In this document: positions 8,412-17,188 of the stretch, piece after piece | How the letters are laid out: each line of letters opens with the position of its first letter | Numbering within the stretch: position 1 is the first letter of the stretch | Assembly: GCA_002686065.1 (NCBI GenBank) | Contig: NYZX01000056.1 | Location: forward strand, 1-33,108 | Direction: 5' to 3' | Length of the DNA stretch: 33,108 nt | Source of the DNA: Pseudobdellovibrionaceae bacterium | Lineage (GTDB): Bacteria; Bdellovibrionota; Bdellovibrionia; Bdellovibrionales; UBA1609 | The notes under the pieces: model-generated | Told to the model about the DNA's origin: nothing | Seen by the model: only the letters and a program-made list of their open reading frames with translations | Database searches by the model: none | Program-made: the position numbers and the translations under genes

Positions 8412-10366
8412 ATCGGCTCCTTCGGCAAGACGACTTCAAATGTTGTCCCCTGACCTTCGGAGCTGTCAAATCGCAGCTTCCCACCATAGCGCTCGACAAT
8501 CTCGCGACTCATACTTAGGCCAAGTCCGGTTCCACGTCCTCGCTCTTTGGTTGTAAAAAAAGGTAAGAAAATCTGATCACGAATCTTTTTCGGAATACCA
8601 GGCCCCGTATCACGAACCTTAATTGTCACATTTCCATCCTGTTCTTTCGTCGAGATCTGAATCTGCCCAGGATCGTCCATCGCCTGACAGGAGTTATTAA
8701 TCAAATTAAACAACACCTGCTGCAGCAGACTTTTTTGTGCACGAACGTGCAACTGGCTGTCTTCAAGGTTGATATCGACTTTGTGATTATGAAGTGAAAC
8801 CTTCAACAACGATAAGGTCGATTCGATGAGATCATTCACATCAATTAGCTCATCTTCCGGCTTACCACGATCATCTGCGAAGCTAAGAAGGTCGGTAATA
8901 ATACTTTGGCTGCGACTAGCGGCTATTTCCACTTCCTTCAGGTCCGAGTAAATTTCAGAATCTTCCGGCACTTCTGACATCAAAATCTGAGACAAGGAAC
9001 GAATCCCCGTTAATGGGTTATTTAGCTCATGAGCGATGTGACCAGCCAAATGCCCCAAAGCCGCCATTTTTTCATTTTGAATGGTCTGACCACGCAAATC
9101 TTCTTTATCCGTGACGTCCAAATAGTGATTCACCAAAGTCGAGACCTCAGATGGCGGCCCCAAATAGACCGGGTAACTTGTCATTTCAAAGGCCTTCCCA
9201 GCACGCCGGACCTTCATCGTCTGAGGCTGGCCAGCCTGAATGACTTCGTGAATTCGACAGCCTTCACAAGGAGACGTCCTATTGGCAAAGGACTCATAGC
9301 ACTTGGTCCCGGCCTGCTGTGGCTCCGAAAAATGAACATTGGATCTAAGAAGCTCATAGTCAGATGTCACAATACAAAGTGGGTCTTCGACACTGTCAAA
9401 GGTCCGCTCCCACAGATAAGAGGCCTCGTGCATTTCACTTTCAAGCAACAAGCGCTCGATGGTCATACTTAGAGGCTGAAGCCAGGGGCTGATTTCTTCT
9501 AAAAACGTGTCAGTCTGACCAACCTCCAACTGGTGTTCCACGAACAAAGTCACAGGTTGTGCCCCTTGCGAGGCTAATCGAAGTGGCAAAGTTAAAACAT
9601 GAACAAAAGGCCTCTGAAACTGATTCGCTAAAAACCGTTGATCCTCTGGATCGTTTTGCTTAATCCGAATCGACGTCGGGCCCTGGCCCTCCTCAAGACG
9701 GATTCTTTGAACCCGCCCTTTCATTAAACCAATCAACTCGTAGCGACTTCTAAAAGGAAACCCTAAAATAAACTGAGAAATCGAAAATTTTGTCTGCCGA
9801 ATGTCTTTATTTAATCGTGCAACAACATCTTCTAAAGTCACCGCTTCACCGAGCGATGTTGTTAGCTGCACAAGACGGCGAAGGCCTTTTAAGCTATCTT
9901 GCACTTCCTTTTTCGCCGAGTCTTCTCGCTCGGTTTCCCGGTCAACCAAGTCTTCCAACCCCTGGGTGAGCTCTTCGAGTTGGTGATAATTAGAAGTCAG
10001 TGTTTGCTTCAGAAGCTGTTGTTTCTTCATCCGATTCAGATCTTTAGAAAAGTGCTCTGCGATCGACAATTTCTTGAACTCTTTTTCGCTAATGACTTTG
10101 GAAAAGGGCATCCAATCGAGACTAGCCAAACAAGGGTCATCTTCCCCCCCATAGACCAAAATAGACATCTGACTTGTCTGCAATAGGCTTTGCACTTTAT
10201 TTTCCCCAGGAAAGTCCTTTGAGGAAAATAAGCACAGATCAATCCCCTTCTTTGGATCTTCGATTTCGGGGTCCACAAGAATAAAAAGATCATCCTGATT
10301 CAGATGCTTGGCTTCAAGGTGCGGAGATACCCAGACTAAAGCCGGGCTGGATGCGTCCGATGACAT
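8408..10366 (-). CDS. cytoplasmic sensor histidine kinase (large N-terminal sensory region, PAS-like segment, HisKA + HATPase_c)
   Basis: 652 aa with no TM segment seen. H-box HIAHELNNPLTGI, N-box LFNLINNSCQAM, G-boxes RDTGPGIP and GTGLGLS. A Cys cluster (CYESFANRTSPCEGC) lies just upstream of the DHp domain. Confidence 0.85.
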   Translation of the reverse strand: MSSDASSPALVWVSPHLEAKHLNQDDLFILVDPEIEDPKKGIDLCLFSSKDFPGENKVQSLLQTSQMSILVYGGEDDPCLASLDWMPFSKVISEKEFKKLSIAEHFSKDLNRMKKQQLLKQTLTSNYHQLEELTQGLEDLVDRETEREDSAKKEVQDSLKGLRRLVQLTTSLGEAVTLEDVVARLNKDIRQTKFSISQFILGFPFRSRYELIGLMKGRVQRIRLEEGQGPTSIRIKQNDPEDQRFLANQFQRPFVHVLTLPLRLASQGAQPVTLFVEHQLEVGQTDTFLEEISPWLQPLSMTIERLLLESEMHEASYLWERTFDSVEDPLCIVTSDYELLRSNVHFSEPQQAGTKCYESFANRTSPCEGCRIHEVIQAGQPQTMKVRRAGKAFEMTSYPVYLGPPSEVSTLVNHYLDVTDKEDLRGQTIQNEKMAALGHLAGHIAHELNNPLTGIRSLSQILMSEVPEDSEIYSDLKEVEIAASRSQSIITDLLSFADDRGKPEDELIDVNDLIESTLSLLKVSLHNHKVDINLEDSQLHVRAQKSLLQQVLFNLINNSCQAMDDPGQIQISTKEQDGNVTIKVRDTGPGIPKKIRDQIFLPFFTTKERGRGTGLGLSMSREIVERYGGKLRFDSSEGQGTTFEVVLPKEPI

Positions 10367-10428
10367 GGGTCTATGTCACCGCAGAAACGAAAGACTGTCA
10401 AAGTGATGAGTAGAGACCCAGACGATCC

Positions 10429-11376
10429 TTATAAGTTTGCATCTTGGACGACGACTTCACCCGGGAAATAGTAATCGACCGAAACTTCAAATTGAATCTT
10501 TGAATGTTTGCAGTCGGGGCCCGTATCGTTATCCCCCGTCACCACAAAGCCGAACTTTGGAGCTTCAGAGTCACGATCCAAAGCAATTCGTTTAATGATT
10601 AAAGGATCAATGTCCAAGACAATCGATCCCGTTTGCTGGGTCAGCGGAAACGAACAACTCGATACACCCTCTCCCCCCCCGAGGCAATAGTCGTATCGGT
10701 CATTATTATTGTAATAAGAACCCCATTGAAGCCCAACAAGGCTTTCCCACGAGTACGAATACAAGTTAACCATCTGAGGCATTCCGCTTACAGATTCAGG
10801 CAAACTAAGCGGCGACAAAGCCGTCATCCCTTTGTGTGTATCAGGATATCTTGAGTCCCCCTCGACAGCCCACCAAGCATTCGAGGCTAAGACGACACCA
10901 TTCATAGTAAAGAAAAATTGGTCATCATAGGTGTATTTTTCGTTTTGGGGAAAGTTCATGCGCATATCACAGATAACGGCGTCTGCAGGCAAGTCTTCGA
11001 CGGTATAAACACTTTCACGTCGTGCCTGAATCCAGTTGTTTCGGGCCACAAGGTTATCATCTTGCCCAAAAGGACAGTTCAGCGATTGTTCTTCAATCAT
11101 CACAGGCTGGTTGGCAAGACGACGAAGCCGCCCCAGCTCGGATGCTTTTTGACAGTTCTCCACAACTTCTTCAACAGTTGGCTCGCTTTCAACCGGGTCC
11201 ACAGGCACATCCGGAGTGTCGATGACCTCAGAGTCCGGCGCATCTAACGACTGACTTGGGTCTTCCGTCGGCTTGAAGTCCACTTCTGAGCAGTTTTGAA
11301 AATTAAAAAGAAGAACGGGTATCGCTAATCCGTACAGAATGACATTCTTCATTTTGCTACTCGGCTTAGATGCCAT
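10429..11376 (-). CDS. hypothetical lipoprotein (315 aa)
   Basis: Signal and lipobox-like LLFNFQNCS, acidic Pro-rich linker, then a Cys-containing globular part. GGGGA RBS 8 nt before ATG 11376. An exact sigma-54 promoter match lies just upstream. Confidence 0.65.
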   Translation of the reverse strand: MASKPSSKMKNVILYGLAIPVLLFNFQNCSEVDFKPTEDPSQSLDAPDSEVIDTPDVPVDPVESEPTVEEVVENCQKASELGRLRRLANQPVMIEEQSLNCPFGQDDNLVARNNWIQARRESVYTVEDLPADAVICDMRMNFPQNEKYTYDDQFFFTMNGVVLASNAWWAVEGDSRYPDTHKGMTALSPLSLPESVSGMPQMVNLYSYSWESLVGLQWGSYYNNNDRYDYCLGGGEGVSSCSFPLTQQTGSIVLDIDPLIIKRIALDRDSEAPKFGFVVTGDNDTGPDCKHSKIQFEVSVDYYFPGEVVVQDANL

Positions 11377-11408
11377 AGATCGATTCCCCTATTCTTCCCT
11401 TTTAAATT

Positions 11409-11423
11409 GCAACCAAGGTGCCA
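11409..11423 (-). promoter_or_regulatory. sigma-54 (-24/-12) promoter candidate
   Basis: Minus strand reads CC-TGGCAC-CTTGG-TTGC-A, an exact TGGCAC-N5-TTGC(A/T). The -12 element is about 33 nt upstream of ATG 11376. Confidence 0.55.
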
Positions 11424-11482
11424 GGCAGGAATCGACCAGAAGCCAAACAACTGTCATAGAATTAGAATTCATCTAATAAATC

Positions 11483-11503
11483 GACGTCGTATTTTAAGAC
11501 GTC
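11483..11503 (-). terminator. weak terminator-like hairpin after the glycosyltransferase operon
   Basis: GACGTC (11483-11488) and GACGTC (11498-11503) form a 6-bp stem. On the minus strand it is followed by GATTTATT. Short stem and poor U tract. Confidence 0.3.
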
Positions 11504-11515
11504 CAACTAACAGTA

Positions 11516-12118
11516 TCAGTTTGATACAGAGGCCATATCCTGCAAAACATCGACCCAGCGACGGAAGCTTTCACTTAAATCGTATTCAACAATATCGGCG
11601 ATCAAAACTGTATCATTGCCCTCGACCGCGACAACAAGCTCGGTCAAAACATCCTGAAGTCGACGCTCTTCTTCTCGCCATCGGGTTTCAAGTTCTGGCT
11701 TTAATGACAAAAATTCTTTGGACCGCTGCAATCCCTCGGTGAGCCACTGCACCACCTCAAACAACTGCCCCAAATCTAAATCGTCAGACCCGGGCTCCAT
11801 CCCTCGAAAGCCCTCAGCCAAAGCTTCGCAATTTCGCTGACACTCAACCAAGCCGTCAACAAGCAGCTTTAAGGTGTCTTTTGTCATCTCTTCCAACGAG
11901 CGAAAGACGAATCGAAACTGTCGCACATCCGCTATTCCCGCACCTGCATATTGCTTTTCGGCCTCATCATCAAGCCGAACACCATCAACCTCGATCTCGC
12001 AAAGGTAAAGCCCCTTATGTTGATGCTGTTCCTCGATCACATGAATCAGCTCGGACAAAGTTGTCTGCTGCTGATAGTTCGCCTGAACGGTATTTGAATC
12101 CAACTCGATAACTGTCAT
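11516..12118 (-). CDS. hypothetical acidic protein (200 aa), last gene of the flagellar-linked GT9 module
   Basis: Start moved to ATG 12118 (MTVIELDS...), which forms an ATGA overlap with the stop of the upstream GT9 gene. No motif recognised. Confidence 0.6.
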   Translation of the reverse strand: MTVIELDSNTVQANYQQQTTLSELIHVIEEQHQHKGLYLCEIEVDGVRLDDEAEKQYAGAGIADVRQFRFVFRSLEEMTKDTLKLLVDGLVECQRNCEALAEGFRGMEPGSDDLDLGQLFEVVQWLTEGLQRSKEFLSLKPELETRWREEERRLQDVLTELVVAVEGNDTVLIADIVEYDLSESFRRWVDVLQDMASVSN

Positions 12119-13566
12119 AAAAAGTAGTCCTTTGATTTGTTTTCTTCGGCCAGCAATGCACGACACACCAACGCAAGTTCGTCATATGTTTTCGCCGTCT
12201 GGTCGAAAACCGTTTGAAGCTCGGCAGGTGATATTCGAACCTTTTGTGTTAAAAACCAGTTCACAAGCGGTCGAACCTCGGGAACGAATCGAGCCACCTG
12301 GTGAAATATTTCATCGGCCTCTAAAAGAATATCCAAGGCCGTCCCCTTTTGAGGGTTCTGGCGAACCTGTTCAAGTTGTTGTTGCGCCAGTTCGCAGGCC
12401 TCAAAAATGCGTTGAATGCCTAATGCGATCTCACTTCTTTTAGAAGCGGGAAACGGAGCTCCAACATACAAGGCCTGAGTCAACTGCCATGCATAGTCAT
12501 CCAACCGAAATCCCCTTAATTGAAAGCGAGACAACCCATTATCCTCACGAAGGATCACTGGCTGTATAGCTGGCTGCCCCTCCAGCATCGTCGTCGCCTG
12601 ATCGATGATTTGCTGAACATCAACTTCGTCGGGAGAGCGATACCATAGCGCTCGGCTTCCTGATGCCAAAGGGCCTGTCTCCCAAAAATTTACAGATGGA
12701 AACGTCACATTAAGTGTCTTGGTTGAAACTAAGGATGCCATATGCACCATGACACTATCTGGGGCAATCAGTAGCGCTGAGTTTTTAATCAAACTAAAAT
12801 GGTCTTCTAAAGGAATTTCCCCGACGAGATTGATCAAATGGGGCGACGAAACCGCACCCTGTACGGACGAACCGACCGTTTCGTCCTCGGGACCCCCGAC
12901 CAATACCACCGGATTTGATCGTCGATCCGTCAGACCTTGAACAAGGGAGATCAGACTTTGTTGAGTCATGGATTTCGACGCTTCGCTGGCTGCCACGTGC
13001 ACAACAATCGCATCAGGATAGTCCAACGATTGGCTTGGCATTACTTCTGACTGAAAGTCTTCAGGGATCAGCTCAACCCCACAGACTCCTGCAAACATAT
13101 CGATGACATGAACACGGTTGTAACTGTTTGCCCCGACTTGAGAATAAAAGTACGAAGACGTATCGTCAGGCACATCGAAAAAACCATCTGAGTGCCTTGT
13201 ATAACCAACCACTCTTTGCGGATCTCCACCCGACACCCGTCGAGTGACATAACTTGATAGCGGAGAGAAGCTAAGATTTATGACAAGATCATAGGACTGG
13301 GCGACCAGCTCGGAAAGACAGTTTTCGATCAACCTTAAACTATCATCAAGGCCATCATCGCTATCCCAGATCGGTTTTAGAATTTGCTTTACCGGAAATA
13401 CCCGAGCCGTACTAATAGCATCCAGCCCTCGGGTGGCCGCTTCAAAGCGATCGCGCACCAGTAGGTCGATCGTTGCCTCTGGGTAAGAGCGACGTAGGGA
13501 CTTTAATGCTGGCCAGGTTTGGTAGATATCACCGAACCGTGCGAGTTGCAGGACCAGAATCTTCAT
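12115..13566 (-). CDS. glycosyltransferase family 9 (heptosyltransferase-like) with ~140-aa helical C-terminal extension
   Basis: 483 aa. GT9 N-terminus MKILVLQLARFGDIYQTWPALKSLRRSYPEATIDLLV, and donor-site region LLIAPDSVMVHMASLV. Confidence 0.8.
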   Translation of the reverse strand: MKILVLQLARFGDIYQTWPALKSLRRSYPEATIDLLVRDRFEAATRGLDAISTARVFPVKQILKPIWDSDDGLDDSLRLIENCLSELVAQSYDLVINLSFSPLSSYVTRRVSGGDPQRVVGYTRHSDGFFDVPDDTSSYFYSQVGANSYNRVHVIDMFAGVCGVELIPEDFQSEVMPSQSLDYPDAIVVHVAASEASKSMTQQSLISLVQGLTDRRSNPVVLVGGPEDETVGSSVQGAVSSPHLINLVGEIPLEDHFSLIKNSALLIAPDSVMVHMASLVSTKTLNVTFPSVNFWETGPLASGSRALWYRSPDEVDVQQIIDQATTMLEGQPAIQPVILREDNGLSRFQLRGFRLDDYAWQLTQALYVGAPFPASKRSEIALGIQRIFEACELAQQQLEQVRQNPQKGTALDILLEADEIFHQVARFVPEVRPLVNWFLTQKVRISPAELQTVFDQTAKTYDELALVCRALLAEENKSKDYFL

Positions 13567-13711
13567 GGTTTAGCTGCTCCTTGATGATGGACTCTAAAAT
13601 CTTCATGTTTTCTGTGGCTTTGTTAAAACCTTTTGAGGCCTGCATTTTCGATGAGGCTTCATCAAGTTTTTTTATCAAAGCCTCTAGTTGTCTGGCTTTT
13701 TCATCGTTCAT
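13529..13711 (-). CDS. 60-aa helical micro-protein (tentative)
   Basis: ATGA overlap with the stop of the upstream GT9 gene. Amphipathic helical sequence (EKARQLEALIKKLDEASSKMQASKGFNKATENMKILESIIKEQL). Its last 38 nt overlap the next GT9 start. Confidence 0.4.
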   Translation of the reverse strand: MNDEKARQLEALIKKLDEASSKMQASKGFNKATENMKILESIIKEQLNHEDSGPATRTVR

Positions 13712-15381
13712 CTTGTTCTCCGTTCACTGAGCTCTTTCGCATAACGAATAAGTCGGTGTTGAATTTCACTTTTTTGAAAGCTGTGATCTAAAGCGACATC
13801 CAACTGCCGAAGGTAATCAAAGTTGTCGACCAACTTTGAGGTCGACCAGTCAATTTCCATACCTCGACGGACACGATCAAAAAGGTTCGGATCTTCATCG
13901 ACATGAATTTCCGTAACTAGTTTTTGATGCATCTTTTCTAAACACTCCGCTGGGTTGTGGTGTTTTCTTAGTGTTCGACTGATGTGCACCATCGATTCGA
14001 TCGTGGTTTGTTTTTTAAAAGAGTCTGCTTCAATGGACTTAAGCCACTTCGAAAACCGATCACTATCCATCGCCCCCATCAAAAGGTAGACTTCCTCGAT
14101 TAAGTGCAAAGCCACGTCTGTTCCCATAGGCTTATGCGACCCGTCTAGCAGACGTTGAGTCGACAACATCGTTAGAAGTCGGCTTGCCTCGAAAGACCAG
14201 TCCGACGGACTGCAACTGATCTTTCGCCAAAAACCAAAAGGCGTCGTCTTAACTAGACTCATCGCACACTCGTCTTTTGTTTGCTCGGCTAACACATGAA
14301 GTCCGTCCAATGTTCCCCGGTAAAAGTGGCTTAACGCAAGTCCGGCTAGGTCTCCAGGTATTGCTTGGCGACATTCAAAAGTTTTGCGTTCGCATCCATC
14401 GGCACGATGCGCACAAGGGAAGCATTCAATTTTAGGTTCAATAATCAAGCTATGATCTTTGTAAACCCCTGTTTTTCGAACATCAGCACTACCTAAAGCA
14501 AGCTCTACAATCTTACAGCTGGTCCCTGCCGCAAGGTGCTTTATACTTGTATCGACGGTCAGTAGACACTTTGACTGATTCAAAAGCGCAGTGACGCCTC
14601 CTAAAGACAACAAAGCCATCTGCAAGTGAAGCCCTCGAGCCTGAAGCTGACCGTAAAGGCTTTGAATTTGATCAGCCTCAAAGGGCGCTCCAATCAGAGT
14701 GATCGAGCTATCTTGATTTAAACTTTGAAACGCAAGCAAGGCGTCCCCAAGGCTTGTGACGTCCCATTCTTTACGGGAATCAAAACTTGTTGCCTGAACA
14801 ACCAAGCCTTTTGTTTTTAGCCCCAATGAACGTACTTCGTCTTGAAACTGAGGCTCTTCGTCAAATCGACATCGAAGATCTTCAGGCTGTATTTGAAGAC
14901 CTAAGCCGCCAGCTAGAGCGTCGTTATAGTGAAACACATTAGCCCCGCCAAGGGTGACATGATCTTCTAGGTATCGAAACCAAGGCGAAAAAAAATCGGA
15001 ACGGTCTTTGTTATCAATTGTTAATCCATAGACCTCTTCAGCCTCAATCAAGTCAGTCAGGTAGCCGCTTAACTTGTTTTGAGTCATATTAACAACGTAG
15101 TCAAAATGACGCTGGTTTAGGTCTTCGATCTGCCAGCTGAGCTGATTGACAGCGGACAACAGTGAAGCCGAACGATCTAAACAGGCATTTTGATATTGCT
15201 TTCGATCGAAGATATGAATTTCAGAAAACCACTGCTTTAAAATGGGCTCTGCGACTTTCGCATCTGAATTAATCAAAATGTGAAGTTCAACATCGGGATG
15301 TTCACGCTTCATCGCTTGGTAAAGCGGCCGGTGCATCAACAGATCGCCTAGTCTTAGTAAATCAACGACAAGCATTTTCAT
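13708..15381 (-). CDS. glycosyltransferase family 9 (heptosyltransferase-like) with ~200-aa C-terminal extension
   Basis: 557 aa. MKMLVVDLLRLGDLLMHRPLYQAMKREHPDVELHILI, LLTVDTSIKHLAAG, and the CxxC-x6-C-x6-C cluster (CFPCAHRADGCERKTFEC) that I recall as common in GT9 enzymes. Confidence 0.8.
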   Translation of the reverse strand: MKMLVVDLLRLGDLLMHRPLYQAMKREHPDVELHILINSDAKVAEPILKQWFSEIHIFDRKQYQNACLDRSASLLSAVNQLSWQIEDLNQRHFDYVVNMTQNKLSGYLTDLIEAEEVYGLTIDNKDRSDFFSPWFRYLEDHVTLGGANVFHYNDALAGGLGLQIQPEDLRCRFDEEPQFQDEVRSLGLKTKGLVVQATSFDSRKEWDVTSLGDALLAFQSLNQDSSITLIGAPFEADQIQSLYGQLQARGLHLQMALLSLGGVTALLNQSKCLLTVDTSIKHLAAGTSCKIVELALGSADVRKTGVYKDHSLIIEPKIECFPCAHRADGCERKTFECRQAIPGDLAGLALSHFYRGTLDGLHVLAEQTKDECAMSLVKTTPFGFWRKISCSPSDWSFEASRLLTMLSTQRLLDGSHKPMGTDVALHLIEEVYLLMGAMDSDRFSKWLKSIEADSFKKQTTIESMVHISRTLRKHHNPAECLEKMHQKLVTEIHVDEDPNLFDRVRRGMEIDWSTSKLVDNFDYLRQLDVALDHSFQKSEIQHRLIRYAKELSERRTR

Positions 15382-15971
15382 TTAACCAGCTCCCTCAATA
15401 TCTTTACAAACGGACGTAGCCCTGAACCCTTTGGAACCGCTTCGCTAAGTTCTTTGATCGAAGCCAGCTGACAGGTTTCAACTGTGGCATGGGACCAACT
15501 TCGCTTTTCAACAAGAAACCGAAAGGCCTGCTGACTTCGAAAGTTAAGGTGATCTTGTAAGTCATATGCCCACTTAGGGAAGATGTGACGAACCGAAGGG
15601 ATCTGAACCAGTTGATAGTTCACCCCAAGTAGTCTCGCCTGCAAATGCTGCAAAGCCCCCTTGTCTTCTTGCGATAGGACTTTGAGCTCTGCGTGCCTCA
15701 ACTCCATACCGTGAGTCTTTTTGATCCATTCACATATCGGCCCATGACCATCGATAGCGATGATATGTAAATCTGGAAACCGCTTTACGGCTTCGACCAA
15801 CTGGTAACCTGAAGCTAGACCAATAAATAAAAGAACATCTGTCGAGGGGTGTACATCTAAGCCGTTAACAAAGCTGACAGCTTCTTTTCTGGGATCAATT
15901 CGCGATGACAACAGGCGATTGTTCCACTTTAAAATTGGGTCTCCCGACCTGGCTTGCTCAACCTTTAGCAT
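15378..15971 (-). CDS. 197-aa protein resembling only the N-terminal region of motility-accessory-factor (Maf/DUF115) proteins
   Basis: GDPILKWNNRLLSSRIDPRKEAVSFV then VLLFIGLASGYQLVEAVKRFPDLHIIAIDGH recalls the Maf N-terminal layout (LhS..dP..EA ... GlGlGY). Overlaps both neighbours (ATGA downstream, 7 nt upstream). Assignment is from memory only. Confidence 0.4.
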   Translation of the reverse strand: MLKVEQARSGDPILKWNNRLLSSRIDPRKEAVSFVNGLDVHPSTDVLLFIGLASGYQLVEAVKRFPDLHIIAIDGHGPICEWIKKTHGMELRHAELKVLSQEDKGALQHLQARLLGVNYQLVQIPSVRHIFPKWAYDLQDHLNFRSQQAFRFLVEKRSWSHATVETCQLASIKELSEAVPKGSGLRPFVKILRELVK

Positions 15972-16948
15972 TCAGATGATTCTCCCCATTCTTTTTGCAT
16001 TTGCTCTTCAACTTGGCGTAGCAATTCAAGGCTGAGTTCATCTGTAGGTTGGTTAAGCAAAAGACGTTCTAGTTCTGTCGCTGCATTTATATATTGTCCT
16101 GAATCAAAATAGACCTGGGCCAAAAGACGCCCCATGTCTGTATCATCCTGGTGCCAACTCATATAAGTCTCTAGACGACTAACAATACGAGCGGTCTTGT
16201 GATCTTGAAATGCCCACTGAATAGCTAGCTTTAATGCCGTCGGGTTGACCGAGTTCAAGTCCAGAGCACGCTCGATATTAGCCCATGAAAGCTCATGATC
16301 ACCAAACTGACGGTGAACCAAGGCCAAACCGATCCATGCCCGGTCGTTATGCGAATCTTGCCGACTCGCTTTTCGATACCAATGAAGGGCCTTATTCCAA
16401 AGTCCTTTTTGAACCTCAAGCGTTCCAAGGTTGACTAACAAAGCAACAGACGACGAATTAATCTGGTAGGCCAACTGATAATGAGCTTCAGCTTGATCGA
16501 CCTGCCCGGACTTAAGAAACAAATTTCCAAGCTCTTTGTGAATCGAAAAAAGATAGTCCGGATGGTCTTTAAATAGAGTTAGGCAGGACTGATAGGACTG
16601 AATAGCGTCCTTAACCTGGGCCAAGTCGGTCTGTGCATGAGCTAACTCGAACATGGCAATGGGATCGTTCCAGTTTTTAGCCACCTGCTGAAAGCAGGTC
16701 GCAGCCCCTTTCAGGTCGCCCGTTCCACGCAGGACTTGCCCCATCCAAAAAACAGCCATCGGGTGCTCGTCGTTGGTAGCCATATAATCGGCCAACAAAG
16801 ACTTTGCCGCATGGAATTCTTGCGCATCGATCAAGGTTTTAATGTTAATTAAAGAGGCTGAATCCGTTGCTCGAGTTGAACGAGATTGATTCGCTTGCTT
16901 TGAACTATCGACGACAGGACTTCTGTCCTGCTGAAACATTGGATCCAT
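15965..16948 (-). CDS. TPR-repeat protein
   Basis: 327 aa with at least six 34-residue repeats carrying the W/L-G-Y-A-F-A-P pattern (e.g. AVFWMGQVLRGTGDLKGAATCFQQ, AWIGLALVHRQFGDHELSWANIERAL). GGAGGG RBS. Confidence 0.8.
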   Translation of the reverse strand: MDPMFQQDRSPVVDSSKQANQSRSTRATDSASLINIKTLIDAQEFHAAKSLLADYMATNDEHPMAVFWMGQVLRGTGDLKGAATCFQQVAKNWNDPIAMFELAHAQTDLAQVKDAIQSYQSCLTLFKDHPDYLFSIHKELGNLFLKSGQVDQAEAHYQLAYQINSSSVALLVNLGTLEVQKGLWNKALHWYRKASRQDSHNDRAWIGLALVHRQFGDHELSWANIERALDLNSVNPTALKLAIQWAFQDHKTARIVSRLETYMSWHQDDTDMGRLLAQVYFDSGQYINAATELERLLLNQPTDELSLELLRQVEEQMQKEWGESSEC

Positions 16949-16978
16949 CCTAGACCCTCCTACTGCCTACCTACTACA

Positions 16979-16993
16979 GCAAAGGAGGTGCCA
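16979..16993 (-). promoter_or_regulatory. sigma-54 (-24/-12) promoter candidate for the TPR/GT9 operon
   Basis: Minus strand reads GG-TGGCAC-CTCCT-TTGC-TG, an exact TGGCAC-N5-TTGC. The -12 element is about 31 nt upstream of ATG 16948. Confidence 0.6.
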
Positions 16994-17188
16994 CCTTCAG
17001 ATGGAACAGAAGCTCCACCAGACCGGGTAGATGTTGCCGATTTGACTTGTGCGAAGCTTCAAACGTCAAAACCTTGACGTAAAAAAACAAAACCTCCAAG
17101 TGCTTGGCGACTATCCCCAAACAATTGAAGGTTTAATTCGATCTTGCTTTGCGACGAAAGCGTAGCAAAGCTCGTAAAAATCTTAGAA

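Noticed and set aside
9029-10293. ORFs of 147, 61, 95 and 85 aa overlapping the histidine kinase gene
   Set aside because: They lie entirely within or antisense to a CDS with clear HisKA/HATPase motifs. No independent support.
12119-12166. 16-codon extension of the 216-aa ORF into the upstream GT9 gene
   Set aside because: ATG 12118 forms an ATGA coupling junction with the GT9 stop, matching the pattern of the rest of the operon.
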